A DNA stretch of 59,966 bases. Source: a virus. Its lineage: Duplodnaviria > Caudoviricetes. The stretch is from positions 1-59,966 of IMG/VR virus record IMGVR_UViG_3300020179_000034. One strand, written 5' to 3'. A model generated the notes under the pieces. That model ran no database searches, was not told the origin of the DNA, and saw only the letters and a program-made list of their open reading frames with translations. The position numbers were made by a program, and so were the translations under genes. Shown piece by piece: positions 20,188-29,974 of this stretch. The stretch's first letter is position 1. The number at the start of each line of letters is the position of its first letter.

Positions 20188-21042
20188 TTACTTCTTCGCC
20201 CACTTCTTGACAACGTCGGCAACGTCTCCGTTCGGAGCAGCCTCGGCTTTCTTAGTCGGCTCACGCAACTTCGGTTCCTGCAGTGCAGCAGGGCCAGTGA
20301 CGATGGGGCCAGAAGTCTCACCTTCATCTGCCTGATACACAGTCAACTTAACGGCGGCTTCTGCTGCTGCCGAGTTACGCTGACGGGTAATAACTTCAAT
20401 ATCTGATTCGTTCACTGCTGCAGCGGGCGAGAACAGTACCTTCGGTACAGGCGACTTAGTGTCAAACTGCATCTTAGTTACAACACGCCCCGCACTAATG
20501 TCGTTGCTAGCCAACATCTGAATGTACGGACGGAACGGATACTTGCCGCCTTCTTCCTTACCAAAGCATGACGTTGCGGGAAGCACCAACTGCATCACAT
20601 CACCGCCGGGGTTATTCGGCAGCACTACCGCAGTTCGCCAAGACAGGCGGCATGCCGCGCCGCTACCGCCCTGACCTGATCCTTTGACCGACCACTGGCA
20701 CTGATCGCAAGAGTTGGCTTGAGGATTCTTTACCTCAACGTCGGGCGTCTTGGAATCGGTTGACCAACAGACGGGCGCAATCTTCTCGCCTTCCTTGTAT
20801 GCACCAGAGTAGTAGGTGCGGCTAGCGGTATGTGCCATCTTCACAAAGATGACGTTCATGTGCCGATCTTCAATGGACGCGACTTCCTTGCCACCCGCCA
20901 TCTTGCGGAACACGCCGCCCTTGATGCTGATGCGCTTGACCCCGCCAGTGCCGCCACCGGCTACGGCACGAGTGTCATCGTCGAGTCCAGTCTGCACCGT
21001 GGCAATCTGGTTCTTCAAACTGACTATGATGTCGTTACTCAT
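20188..21042 (-). CDS. Putative ssDNA-binding/replication accessory protein with Cys cluster
   Basis: RISIKGGVF, RTYY, PVCWS, CxxC...ACR; flexible tail; located between the helicase and primase genes. Confidence 0.55.
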   Translation of the reverse strand: MSNDIIVSLKNQIATVQTGLDDDTRAVAGGGTGGVKRISIKGGVFRKMAGGKEVASIEDRHMNVIFVKMAHTASRTYYSGAYKEGEKIAPVCWSTDSKTPDVEVKNPQANSCDQCQWSVKGSGQGGSGAACRLSWRTAVVLPNNPGGDVMQLVLPATSCFGKEEGGKYPFRPYIQMLASNDISAGRVVTKMQFDTKSPVPKVLFSPAAAVNESDIEVITRQRNSAAAEAAVKLTVYQADEGETSGPIVTGPAALQEPKLREPTKKAEAAPNGDVADVVKKWAKK

Positions 21043-21048
21043 AAATCC

Positions 21049-21450
21049 TCACTTACTGTTTTTGCGTACTGTTACACCGAACTCTCGCATCACGTTGATG
21101 CCGGGAGGTAGCCCGTTATCTTCATGATCGTTGAGAAACTCTCTAAAGTTGCTCTGATGTATACGCCGCTCAAGCAAGTGCGGAGCATCGTTATCAAGAA
21201 CAAACTTGTAAAAGTTATCCCAGTCTTGGCAGAAGAAACGCTCATTTAGCTTCCGCATAACCGTGCCGTGACCAGTCTTAATACTGTCAGCGTTCACCGA
21301 GTTGCAGATGTCAAGTAGCGCGGCTTCGATCTGTGTCGATTCGTCTTTGAGTGCTTTATCAGCAGCCTCAAACTCACGTAGTAATCTTTCGCGTTGATCG
21401 CGTATAGCAATAAACGCTTCAACTAACTGTTCTGTATTCACTGTATTCAC
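21049..21450 (-). CDS. Conserved phage replication-module protein
   Basis: Coiled coil plus SIKT..GTV...DWDNFY.F...LLERRI...PPG pattern. Confidence 0.6.
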   Translation of the reverse strand: MNTVNTEQLVEAFIAIRDQRERLLREFEAADKALKDESTQIEAALLDICNSVNADSIKTGHGTVMRKLNERFFCQDWDNFYKFVLDNDAPHLLERRIHQSNFREFLNDHEDNGLPPGINVMREFGVTVRKNSK

Positions 21451-23039
21451 TGTGCCTCCTCACTAATTACGTTACTATATAAGTCAACTATTTTTTGATG
21501 ACTGTCTACTTTGCCTTGCAGCATGGCATACATCTTCCTCTCAACATCCGAGCCTTGCAGGTGAACAACAGTCATCTTGTTCTTCTGCCCGACTCGTTCA
21601 ATACGTCCGATGCACTGCAGATAAGTCTCTACGCTCATCACTGGCGACCAAAACACAACGGTGTCAGCAGCAGTTAGCGTGATGCCATGCGCTGCAGATT
21701 GCGGCTGAATCACAAGCACTCGCGGATCAGTCAAAGATTGAAATTGTTTGATTATCTCTGCGCGTTCTTGTGCTGCAACCGAACCTTGTATGATTTCGCT
21801 TGTAATGCCTTCGCTAGTTAAAAACTTCGTGACTACATCAATAGTATGAATGTACGGAACAAATACTACAACTTTGTTTGACGTTTCATCAAGCACATCT
21901 TTCAGTTCGCGAAGTCGCGGAGATATGTCAAACTCAATGACTTGCTGCTTGTCGGTATATACCGCACCGCCACTAATCTGTAGAAGTTTATTTAGCGATG
22001 CTGCTGCATTGACGGCAGAGATTTGTTCTCCTGCTGCTTCAATCAGCATCTGCTGCTTTAACGTTTTGTAATACTTCGCTACTTGAGAAGTTAGCGGTAC
22101 ATCACGTGTCTGATAAGTAAGTTCTGGTAGATCAAGACATTCTTTCTTGGAATAGCGCACCGCAGGCTGTAATGCTCGGTGTACCTCTTCTTTGTGCGTC
22201 GGTTTAGGCAACCACTTAAAGCGGCTTATTTGTTGCATAACTTTATCTCGCCACGCAGTAGTGAACTTTGGCACGCGTTGAGGCGAAACCAATCTTGCAA
22301 GGCCAAATGCATCAACAGGCGATTGTGACGCAGGTGTGCCAGTCATCATCCACAGCCACGTGTCAGGTGTAAGTAACTTGGCTAGTGTCTTCCATCGCTT
22401 AGTCGATGCCGTTTTGTATGCGTTAGCCTCGTCAACAATGATCAGATCAAACTTGGCGGCGACTAGGGCATCAAACACCACGTGTGTGCCATCGTAGTTG
22501 ATTATCGTGAAGTCGTACTCGCTCTCGATAATCTTCTTTCTTTTCTCGCTCGTGCCGTAAGCCACGGCGCATGTGCGGTACATAGCGGTCTTGAAAATAT
22601 CTGCTTGCCACGCTGAATACATGATGGAGAGCGGGCAGACCACCAAAACTTTCTTGATGACCCCTAAGTTCATTAAATAGTCAGCGGCCCAAATGGCAGC
22701 GGAGGTCTTGCCCGTGCCTGCCTCATTGAAACAGAACGCACGTTGTCTTACGGACAAGAACGAAGCCGTGTCCCGCTGATGTTCAAACGGTTTGTACACA
22801 CCGGGCCAGTTGTAATCTCGCAGTATGGGTGAAGGAAGTTTTGGAAGAGTAATGTTTGGCTGCGCCTGATCAATGATGGCGCTTGCTACAGATACTTCCT
22901 TGTGATTCCAAAACAAAACTATTTCTTTACTGTTGCCTTGTGACTTTGTGATTTCACACTTCTCTACGTGACTGTAGATATCGTCAGCAAGGTTGTAAGG
23001 AATACTGAACTGTAACGCTTGGTTTTCAACTATGTTCAT
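21447..23039 (-). CDS. SNF2-family (SF2) helicase
   Basis: GTGKT, IVDEA, MTGTP, HGITLT and QCIGRIER motifs. Confidence 0.92.
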   Translation of the reverse strand: MNIVENQALQFSIPYNLADDIYSHVEKCEITKSQGNSKEIVLFWNHKEVSVASAIIDQAQPNITLPKLPSPILRDYNWPGVYKPFEHQRDTASFLSVRQRAFCFNEAGTGKTSAAIWAADYLMNLGVIKKVLVVCPLSIMYSAWQADIFKTAMYRTCAVAYGTSEKRKKIIESEYDFTIINYDGTHVVFDALVAAKFDLIIVDEANAYKTASTKRWKTLAKLLTPDTWLWMMTGTPASQSPVDAFGLARLVSPQRVPKFTTAWRDKVMQQISRFKWLPKPTHKEEVHRALQPAVRYSKKECLDLPELTYQTRDVPLTSQVAKYYKTLKQQMLIEAAGEQISAVNAAASLNKLLQISGGAVYTDKQQVIEFDISPRLRELKDVLDETSNKVVVFVPYIHTIDVVTKFLTSEGITSEIIQGSVAAQERAEIIKQFQSLTDPRVLVIQPQSAAHGITLTAADTVVFWSPVMSVETYLQCIGRIERVGQKNKMTVVHLQGSDVERKMYAMLQGKVDSHQKIVDLYSNVISEEAQ

Positions 23040-23054
23040 ACTGCACCTATTTGT

Positions 23055-23212
23055 AAAAGCCCGTCTCGTGGGCCAGACGGTTAACGCTCAAGGTGGAGGC
23101 TGTGTTTATGGATAAAACACGCTTTGTACTTGCCGTTAACTGACGCGGTTCGCGGTGTCATAGCCGCAGGGGGAGGGTGAATGTAAAACCCCATCCAACG
23201 CACTCGCGCCTT
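23055..23212 (-). ncRNA. Candidate structured RNA leader upstream of the SNF2 helicase
   Basis: Six complementary segment pairs in a 180-nt intergenic gap (detailed in findings). Confidence 0.45.
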
Positions 23213-23220
23213 ACGCTGAA

Positions 23221-23475
23221 TTACTTCATAGCCCCGCTCGACTTGCGACGGAACGAACGATTTTTAGATGGTGCTTCCAGACGAGTGCCGTCACGGTTGT
23301 TGCCACCTTTTGATAACGCCTTTATGTGTGCCACATCTTTACCTTTGCGGTCAACACCTTTTTTATCATACGACCGTCGCGCACGTTGTCGCTCCATACG
23401 GTCATCATGTTCGTCACGCGCCATTTGTTTTTTGTACTCGTGCTTGTAAGGTCGCGTCTTGTTCACATACGGCAT
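23221..23475 (-). CDS. Small HNH-like endonuclease
   Basis: DVAHIKALSKGG...N..NRS pattern; basic protein. Confidence 0.65.
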   Translation of the reverse strand: MPYVNKTRPYKHEYKKQMARDEHDDRMERQRARRSYDKKGVDRKGKDVAHIKALSKGGNNRDGTRLEAPSKNRSFRRKSSGAMK

Positions 23476-23477
23476 AA

Positions 23478-24131
23478 CTACCTCACCTTGTAAAACTTAC
23501 ATTTCTCTACCGGACACCAACCGCACAAGCCAGTTGGTTTTTCGGGCCACATATTGTTTTCGTACGATAACTCTAATCTATTCAGGTCAAACTCAAACTC
23601 CTTCCAGAGTTTGTTTATATCAGACCGCAAATATTTCTCCGGCACAAACGAGTTCCTAGTTATAAACAGTAGCGCTGCCTTTATGTTAATCACTTCGGGA
23701 AAGTGACAGTAGGTCATCAACGCCATCAACTTCAATTGTTTCGGGTCTGGATACTTGTCACTACCAGTCTTGTAGTCGATGATGTATGCGTCTTCACCAT
23801 CTATTATCAGCAAGTCAACAATCCCACGAACCCAACGGCTATCATCGTTAAATTCACACGGCGTCTTGTCCAGTCGCAGTCCCATCTGATACTCGGGATA
23901 TTTATTTCCCGATATTTTCAAGAGTTCATCAAGCACGGGCTTGTAGTGTACGTAGTGCTTGGCAAGCGGCTTACCTTCACGTACGTAATCTTCAATAGCC
24001 TTGTGAACCTCTGTCCCATATAGCATCTGCTCCGTGACCTTCTTGACCACGGACTTGGCAACTTTGACCTCATAATACTGCCGAGGGCAGTTCACAAAAT
24101 CTTTTAGGCTGCTGTACGACCATTGAATCAT
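23478..24131 (-). CDS. PD-(D/E)XK exonuclease (Cas4/RecB-like)
   Basis: SYSSL..F..CP, GTEVH, GIVDL...DYKTG, QLKL, CGWCP...C. Confidence 0.88.
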   Translation of the reverse strand: MIQWSYSSLKDFVNCPRQYYEVKVAKSVVKKVTEQMLYGTEVHKAIEDYVREGKPLAKHYVHYKPVLDELLKISGNKYPEYQMGLRLDKTPCEFNDDSRWVRGIVDLLIIDGEDAYIIDYKTGSDKYPDPKQLKLMALMTYCHFPEVINIKAALLFITRNSFVPEKYLRSDINKLWKEFEFDLNRLELSYENNMWPEKPTGLCGWCPVEKCKFYKVR

Positions 24132-24337
24132 TCGTTGTCACCCTTAACGTGGACGCCCATATCAGCAAGTTGTTTGCGCTGCTTAACTATGGTCTTCCAG
24201 TAACTATTGTTCAGTTCTTTCAAAGTCTTCATGTAGATTTCTTCCGACCGTATGTACTCCTTCAGCAGAGTAACTTCTGCCTCAAGTTGTTTTATACGAT
24301 CAGCACTCTCCATAAGACTGTCCGTGTTTAGTTTCAC
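24128..24337 (-). CDS. Small coiled-coil hypothetical protein
   Basis: Fills the gap between polymerase and exonuclease with ATGA coupling; start uncertain. Confidence 0.55.
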   Translation of the reverse strand: MKLNTDSLMESADRIKQLEAEVTLLKEYIRSEEIYMKTLKELNNSYWKTIVKQRKQLADMGVHVKGDNE

Positions 24338-26159
24338 AGGCCACAGGCAAACCTTTTGCCCAGTCCGGTGGAGTAGACATTACTTGTGTTATGAACGCAA
24401 GGGCGTCTTCAAGTTCATTTGTGCGTACCATGATAACGACAGCGTCATGGACGGTAAGTATAGGTCTGTACCGCTCACGTAGTTTAAGCATCTGCTCAGC
24501 GACGATGATACGAGCCAGTGCCTGCACTACGTTCTCAACTACCGAGCCTCCCCAAATAGATACAGAGCCTTTGCGGGAGTTGTAGGTTACGCATTCGTCT
24601 TCGATACGCAGATTCGGGTATTGGATATACAAACCATTAGGCAATCGTAGACCTGCGCTGTTTACCCGCACCGCACCGTGCTTTCCTAAAGAATACTCAT
24701 TCATCTCGCTAGTCCAACCCGCGATATGCCCGAGGGCCATCTCCGAGTCTCGCCAAAGGGTAACAATCTCATAGTTGACGCTGCGGTACAGATTCACAAT
24801 CTGCTTGCACCCTTCCTCCGATAAGTCAGCCCCCGGCGGCTGCGTTTTTAATGTGTGCCGTAACTTCGCCGCACCCGTGCCGTAACCAAGTCCAAGGATG
24901 CAGGTCTTGCCTACGAATCGCTCGACGGGATCAGCCTTGGTAATCTTGCGTTCGTAAATCTTACTAGCAAAAATCGAGTACACATCTTCGCCTCGTCTAA
25001 ACTGTTCTACGACATCTGTCTGACCTGCGAGCCACGCCAGAACCCGCGCTTCAATCTGTGAACTGTCACAGTTAATTATGGTGTAGCCTTCGGGCGCAAT
25101 CACCGAGTTCTTCAGTGTCTTCTTTTTCTTATCACGGCTTGGAAGATTCTGGAAATTAACCGAATCAGCCCCCGCCCAACGCCCCGTATGTGCGCCGTAA
25201 TACTTAAGCGGGATAGGTAGATGACCACGGTTTCTAGCACCAATACCGATAAAGCGTTCAATGCGTGACTCCTCTATGGTGGACTTAGTACCCAAACGAA
25301 CCGCGCACAGTTGTTGCACAAGTGCGTTATCAGATTCTAGTAACGCGATAAACCCCTCGTCGTTCTTGGCAAGAGCAAAGGTTTCCTTACCTGTCGTAGG
25401 ACTAATCTTTTTGGGTGGCTCAACGCCACGCTCCTTCAAAACGGCAGCAAACTGCAAGTTGCTAGCCAACTTCTTGCGTACATCTTCTTCGGTAGCTGCA
25501 CCGAGTTTATCCATCAGTCCCTGCAACAGTTCTGACTTTTCTTTTTTAATTTCTTCAAGACGCTGCAGCAGCAAAGCGTCGTCAACATGCAGAACGGGTT
25601 GCGTATACATACGCAAAGTCATGTCGATAAGGTCTAGTTCAGATTGCGGAAAGTCTTTGGCAAGCAGGGCATTAAACAACTTGAACGTAAGTTGTGTATC
25701 TTTTATGCAATACGCCGCATAACGCTCAAGGTCTTCTTTGCTAAAGTCAGTGCGGCGTTTGCCAATAGCGTTAACAACTTCCGTACCTTTCTTACCCAAT
25801 GAATACCGTTCCACAAGTGCGGCCAGCGAACCACCTGCATCAACACCATGTATTGCACGTGCCATACACAGCGTATCAAAATAGTACGCCGGGACTATGT
25901 TGAAGATGAACGACAGGATTGCCCCGTCAAACTGAGTGTTGTGACAAAGCAGTGCCGATTCTGACCAGTCAATTTGATCAAGTCGTTTCTTAATATCTTT
26001 ATGATTGCCGCTAAACCACTCTGGCTCGCCATCATCAATTTTGATAGCAACACCAATTACTTCAAACAACGGATTACGAATGTATTCTTCCGTCGTCAGT
26101 TTAGTTAGACTGAACTGTTGAGAATAGTAGGTTTCAAAGTCGAGCGTAACAAAACTCAT
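24300..26159 (-). CDS. polA: DNA polymerase family A with 3'-5' exonuclease
   Basis: LDFET (ExoI), HNTQFD, YCIKD, HTGRW, DSSQIEAR (motif A), GKTCILGLGYG (motif B), TVHD (motif C). Confidence 0.95.
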   Translation of the reverse strand: MSFVTLDFETYYSQQFSLTKLTTEEYIRNPLFEVIGVAIKIDDGEPEWFSGNHKDIKKRLDQIDWSESALLCHNTQFDGAILSFIFNIVPAYYFDTLCMARAIHGVDAGGSLAALVERYSLGKKGTEVVNAIGKRRTDFSKEDLERYAAYCIKDTQLTFKLFNALLAKDFPQSELDLIDMTLRMYTQPVLHVDDALLLQRLEEIKKEKSELLQGLMDKLGAATEEDVRKKLASNLQFAAVLKERGVEPPKKISPTTGKETFALAKNDEGFIALLESDNALVQQLCAVRLGTKSTIEESRIERFIGIGARNRGHLPIPLKYYGAHTGRWAGADSVNFQNLPSRDKKKKTLKNSVIAPEGYTIINCDSSQIEARVLAWLAGQTDVVEQFRRGEDVYSIFASKIYERKITKADPVERFVGKTCILGLGYGTGAAKLRHTLKTQPPGADLSEEGCKQIVNLYRSVNYEIVTLWRDSEMALGHIAGWTSEMNEYSLGKHGAVRVNSAGLRLPNGLYIQYPNLRIEDECVTYNSRKGSVSIWGGSVVENVVQALARIIVAEQMLKLRERYRPILTVHDAVVIMVRTNELEDALAFITQVMSTPPDWAKGLPVACETKHGQSYGEC

Positions 26160-26698
26160 GGATCAACGCTCCATGTCTCGGTTTGGCGCTGCAACTTAGG
26201 CCACTCTAATTTTGTAACGAATGATTTGTCCTGCACAAGAATATGATTGGTAGGTTGTGCCGTGAACCTGCCGTTGTCTAACTTGATAAAGTAAAACTCT
26301 TTGGACTGTTCTGGCTCTAGGCTAAATCCATCAAGCATAGGGATCGCCGTGAAAAGGTACTCACCAAAAAGTTCTTCTTTGTTTCGCAGTCTTGCACAAA
26401 TTGCCATGGCTTCAAGAAACGGGTACTCCACCACGCTGAATTGATGCCCATAACAATCCCAAGTTTGAGCAGAGTCGGTAGGCCATAAATTTTCCACGGG
26501 TTTGTGCGCGAGTCGATGCAAAGAAACATTCCTGTAGATTGCCCCGCATTCAAGCAGCACATGGCATCCCCAAGTCCTGCCGGGATGACTAACCAGACCA
26601 AACCACGCGACACGTTCCCACTTGTCGTTACCAAATGTTTTAGGTTCAACGTAACAATATGTATGACGGGGCAACGGCCCCGCACCTGAGTAAATCAT
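26156..26698 (-). CDS. Hypothetical protein (180 aa)
   Basis: ATGA-coupled on both sides; no recognised motif. Confidence 0.7.
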   Translation of the reverse strand: MIYSGAGPLPRHTYCYVEPKTFGNDKWERVAWFGLVSHPGRTWGCHVLLECGAIYRNVSLHRLAHKPVENLWPTDSAQTWDCYGHQFSVVEYPFLEAMAICARLRNKEELFGEYLFTAIPMLDGFSLEPEQSKEFYFIKLDNGRFTAQPTNHILVQDKSFVTKLEWPKLQRQTETWSVDP

Positions 26699-26877
26699 TT
26701 CTTCTTGCTACCCTTTTTTAACCGCGCCACTTCTTCACGCAGCCGCTGAATCTCATCGTGACAGGCCCACAACACACCGCCCACGGTCAGGAACTTCATT
26801 TCCGTAGTTGTTGATGTATCGTTGATCTCGTTGGGCAACGCACGGATCAAGTCAAGAATGTCATCTTCGATCTCCAC
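26695..26877 (-). CDS. Small hypothetical protein
   Basis: GGAGG RBS, operon position, DEIQRLR coiled-coil end. Confidence 0.6.
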   Translation of the reverse strand: MEIEDDILDLIRALPNEINDTSTTTEMKFLTVGGVLWACHDEIQRLREEVARLKKGSKKK

Positions 26878-27064
26878 GTAGTGCCTCCAACTCAGCCTTT
26901 AATACGCTAATTTCTTGAGCCAACACACTTGCTTCAAGTTTCAGTCCTGCCTTACGCATTGTTGCAAGGGCTTCTTCTACTTTGACTTGTTGCGAATGCC
27001 GCCACGGCATCCGTTCCATCTCAGCCTTCCACGCGCCCGGTGGAGACTCGTTATCGACTGGCAT
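26861..27064 (-). CDS. Small hypothetical protein
   Basis: GAGG RBS; overlapping operon arrangement. Confidence 0.6.
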   Translation of the reverse strand: MPVDNESPPGAWKAEMERMPWRHSQQVKVEEALATMRKAGLKLEASVLAQEISVLKAELEALRGDRR

Positions 27065-27326
27065 ATTGCTGCCTCACTTGATCGCGCACTAATGTAAGTA
27101 ACTTACAAATCACGTGTGTCTGTGATTTAGTTTTACCGTTGCGATTAAGAGAGTCGAATTCTGCGGCGTACATTCCGATAATGTCCCATCGCAGAACTTC
27201 TAAATTACCGTTATCGTCAATTTTTGCCCAAACAGTTTCTGGATTGACCGTAGTTTTTATATGTTCCTGCGGCACGATAAGATACGCTTCATCGTCCTCT
27301 AGAACTTCTTTATTGATCTCACTCAT
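27051..27326 (-). CDS. Hypothetical protein
   Basis: AAGGAG RBS before ATG at 27326; operon position. Confidence 0.6.
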   Translation of the reverse strand: MSEINKEVLEDDEAYLIVPQEHIKTTVNPETVWAKIDDNGNLEVLRWDIIGMYAAEFDSLNRNGKTKSQTHVICKLLTLVRDQVRQQYASR

Positions 27327-27999
27327 GGACAATCTCCTTGGCTACATCCATCCACTCTTTACCGTATTCAACATCTACCCAATCTTTGAACCACGGCCCA
27401 CCTCTGGTGAAGTGAACGGCTTGCGGGTTCGGGCAGTCCTCGCGGGTGTGCCACCCTTCCAGATAGTTATAAGCAATAGGCAACTCACCGATGGTCGCGT
27501 CCCACAGGAACCGTAACTGATGCAGGTACATCCCAGACTCGCGGTTCACAACTTCGGGAGTAAGTGTCTTGAGCAACGGATGCCCACAGTTCCAAAGGAT
27601 CATGCTGCTCCAGTTCTTGCGTGGATACTGGTGCTGAACCCTGCCGTCCATCTTCGTTGACTCTTTCGGCTTGTAGTCATGCTTGACCACACGCACCCCG
27701 TAATATGGATCCATGTAGTTCTCAAGCGCAGCGATGTCGCCTCGCCAGAGAAAGTCACAGTCCATGAAGACAGCCCACCCCTCGTAGTTGCACAGGTGCG
27801 GCACAAGGAAGCGCGTGAAAGAAAATTCTGTAGATGACAACGGGTCATGCTCACGCCAGTAAAGATTCCGTTCACGCATCTCGGTCTGCTTGATCGGCTT
27901 GATCTGAAGTGGCACAGACGTATGCTTCTCAAGCGACTTCTTACAAACTTGATACGCGATATCCTCGCGGCTATCCCAGCCGATAAATATTTTCATCAC
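27319..27999 (-). CDS. GT-A fold nucleotide-sugar transferase (GT8/CDI-like)
   Basis: IFIGWDSRE, STEFSFTRF, FMDCD (DxD), YPRKNWSS and HFTRGGPWF motifs. Confidence 0.85.
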   Translation of the reverse strand: MMKIFIGWDSREDIAYQVCKKSLEKHTSVPLQIKPIKQTEMRERNLYWREHDPLSSTEFSFTRFLVPHLCNYEGWAVFMDCDFLWRGDIAALENYMDPYYGVRVVKHDYKPKESTKMDGRVQHQYPRKNWSSMILWNCGHPLLKTLTPEVVNRESGMYLHQLRFLWDATIGELPIAYNYLEGWHTREDCPNPQAVHFTRGGPWFKDWVDVEYGKEWMDVAKEIVHE

Positions 28000-29858
28000 A
28001 CCCTCTCAAATTCCCTCTTACGATTTGTGCCTTTGAAGTGAAGAATCTTCGCTTTATCTGTGTTGTGTTCGGGTAAACAACCGTAGACTGATTCGGTAAA
28101 TTCACCACACCCATACTTCTCTGCGTAGATTCGTAATGCTTCTTGGTCGCCGTACCACTGCTTGAACTTTGGATCAAGCGAATCGTATATCTTCAATACG
28201 TTTGACCAGAATCTCGTATCGTTGGTGGCTACTGCACAGCCCACGTATGGATAGAGTTCACCAATCGTCTTCCCTGCGTACTCATCAAACTTGATACCGC
28301 GCTGCTCAATATTGAACCCTGCGTCATTGTTGAACGCTCTACGACATAACGAAACTTGTGTTCCAGCTAGCATGTCTTCGACATTGATCTTGTCCTGCAC
28401 TAGCATATCGGTATCCAAGAACAACGTTGGCACTTCGATCTCTAACTGAGAGTACATTTTAACTCGCGCATACATTAAATTTTTCTTATCAACAGTTGTT
28501 TCAAACCTGTCGGTTATACCCATCACATCTGGCGTAGAACTGTCTGTACACATGATAACGTTTGCATCAGGGTTGTACCGCAAAATCGATTTCACCATTT
28601 TATGTGGATAAGAGATGTCATCGCCCACGTGGAAAAATACAAAGGTCTGCCGGTTGCGATCTCGTTGTCCGAGTAACGCATCTAATTCTTCTTTGACCTG
28701 CATCAACTGCAAATCCCATGGCGCGTTCATGTTCTCGCGCTGATAAATCTTTATGCTCGGATACCACAGGCTTTCGTTACCGATACGGTTGTTCCAATAC
28801 CAGAGTTTGTTGGCATCCAAAAGCAAAACATCTTTACCTAGCGCCCCTGCCAGATGCACATTCGCGCACGATGGCGAGATGATGACGCTGCATATTTCCA
28901 TGAGCGCAGCCACGTTCTCAATATCAAGGAACGTATCAATGTGCGTGGTAATGAGACTTGGATGAAACCCTTCGCCTTCTTTCTGTGCATCGCCATACTG
29001 AAGATTAATGAACTTTAGAAACGGTGTGTCCAGAATCTGACGAAACGCTTCAAGCGGCACAGACTTGTGTTGACCAATGATGGGCGCGGTACTTGTCCAA
29101 GTTAGACCAGCAACGTAGTCATCTTCATGCAACCCATACTCTTTGCGGAGTCTAGCCACACGCTCAGGATCAGCCTTAAAATAAGCGGTCGAAACGTTAG
29201 GAGCGATGTCACGCACAGAATCAACAAAGTATTTAGCGAGAGAGGCAATCGGTATATGTGAGTCGTGATTGCTCATTTTCACACGTGCGTTATGAGACAG
29301 GAAGGTGACGTTCTTCGCCTTGCACCCGCGCTGAAAAAGATTCGCTAAACGCAAATCAATCAGCACCGTGATATGTTCAACCTCTCGCGCTAACGCTTCG
29401 ATGAGAGAGCCATACAGAATCTGATCACCAATGCCTTGCTCACACCAGACAAGCGGTCGTTTTAGTCCTTTGCCGCGCTCCCATTGTGAGTGCTTGGTAT
29501 GTAGGCGGGGGGACTTAAAAGTTTTGCTGCCCCAACGCCGCTCGTAGCCTTGCCAACCCTTTTTGAAATCACCCATTTGCAAGGCAAGAAGTCCAATAGT
29601 CCAACCTGCATCGTCGTTGTTGGGTTCCAGTTGTCCTGCGATCTCAAAGTGTTGACGGGCTAACTCCCACCTATGCATTTCCCAATGGCATCGCCCAATC
29701 TGCAATTCGGTCGCAGTCAGGACAGGCAACGCCACGTGAATGTTTTGGAGGATGCTGATGGCCTCGTCGTAGTTGCCCTCTTCAGCTTTGGCAAAACCTG
29801 TCTTGTAAATGTGTTCAGCAAACTCAGGTAGGGTCTGTTGTTTATTCCCTTCAATCAC
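27996..29858 (-). CDS. TPR + GT9-like (GT-B) + GT-A glycosyltransferase fusion
   Basis: N-terminal TPR helices; GW..YE.RW, EQGIGDQI and HLAGALG motifs; C-terminal FLDTDML, GDQEAL and ILHFKG. Likely GTG start at 29858, coupled to an upstream 39-aa ORF. Confidence 0.8.
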   Translation of the reverse strand: MIEGNKQQTLPEFAEHIYKTGFAKAEEGNYDEAISILQNIHVALPVLTATELQIGRCHWEMHRWELARQHFEIAGQLEPNNDDAGWTIGLLALQMGDFKKGWQGYERRWGSKTFKSPRLHTKHSQWERGKGLKRPLVWCEQGIGDQILYGSLIEALAREVEHITVLIDLRLANLFQRGCKAKNVTFLSHNARVKMSNHDSHIPIASLAKYFVDSVRDIAPNVSTAYFKADPERVARLRKEYGLHEDDYVAGLTWTSTAPIIGQHKSVPLEAFRQILDTPFLKFINLQYGDAQKEGEGFHPSLITTHIDTFLDIENVAALMEICSVIISPSCANVHLAGALGKDVLLLDANKLWYWNNRIGNESLWYPSIKIYQRENMNAPWDLQLMQVKEELDALLGQRDRNRQTFVFFHVGDDISYPHKMVKSILRYNPDANVIMCTDSSTPDVMGITDRFETTVDKKNLMYARVKMYSQLEIEVPTLFLDTDMLVQDKINVEDMLAGTQVSLCRRAFNNDAGFNIEQRGIKFDEYAGKTIGELYPYVGCAVATNDTRFWSNVLKIYDSLDPKFKQWYGDQEALRIYAEKYGCGEFTESVYGCLPEHNTDKAKILHFKGTNRKREFERV

Positions 29859-29974
29859 CAATACTCCCTCCCTGACCCTCGTTTCGCTGCCCACTCCGGT
29901 GGTGGCACGTGCGCCCATGCTTGATACCGTTCCCATTTCCACCGTCGCCACACGTTACGCATCCAACGGATCAT
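29855..29974 (-). CDS. 39-aa Trp/Arg-rich peptide (not in the ORF track)
   Basis: MIRWMRNVWRRWKWERYQAWAHVPPPEWAAKRGSGREYW; 4-bp overlaps with both neighbours; AGGAG RBS. Confidence 0.65.
   Translation of the reverse strand: MIRWMRNVWRRWKWERYQAWAHVPPPEWAAKRGSGREYW

Noticed and set aside
23478-24131. cas4 as part of a CRISPR system
   Set aside because: A stand-alone PD-(D/E)XK exonuclease in the replication module, which is common in phages.
29859-29951. N-terminal extension of the TPR-glycosyltransferase given in the ORF track
   Set aside because: Better explained by the coupled 39-aa ORF and a GTG start at 29858 with an RBS.
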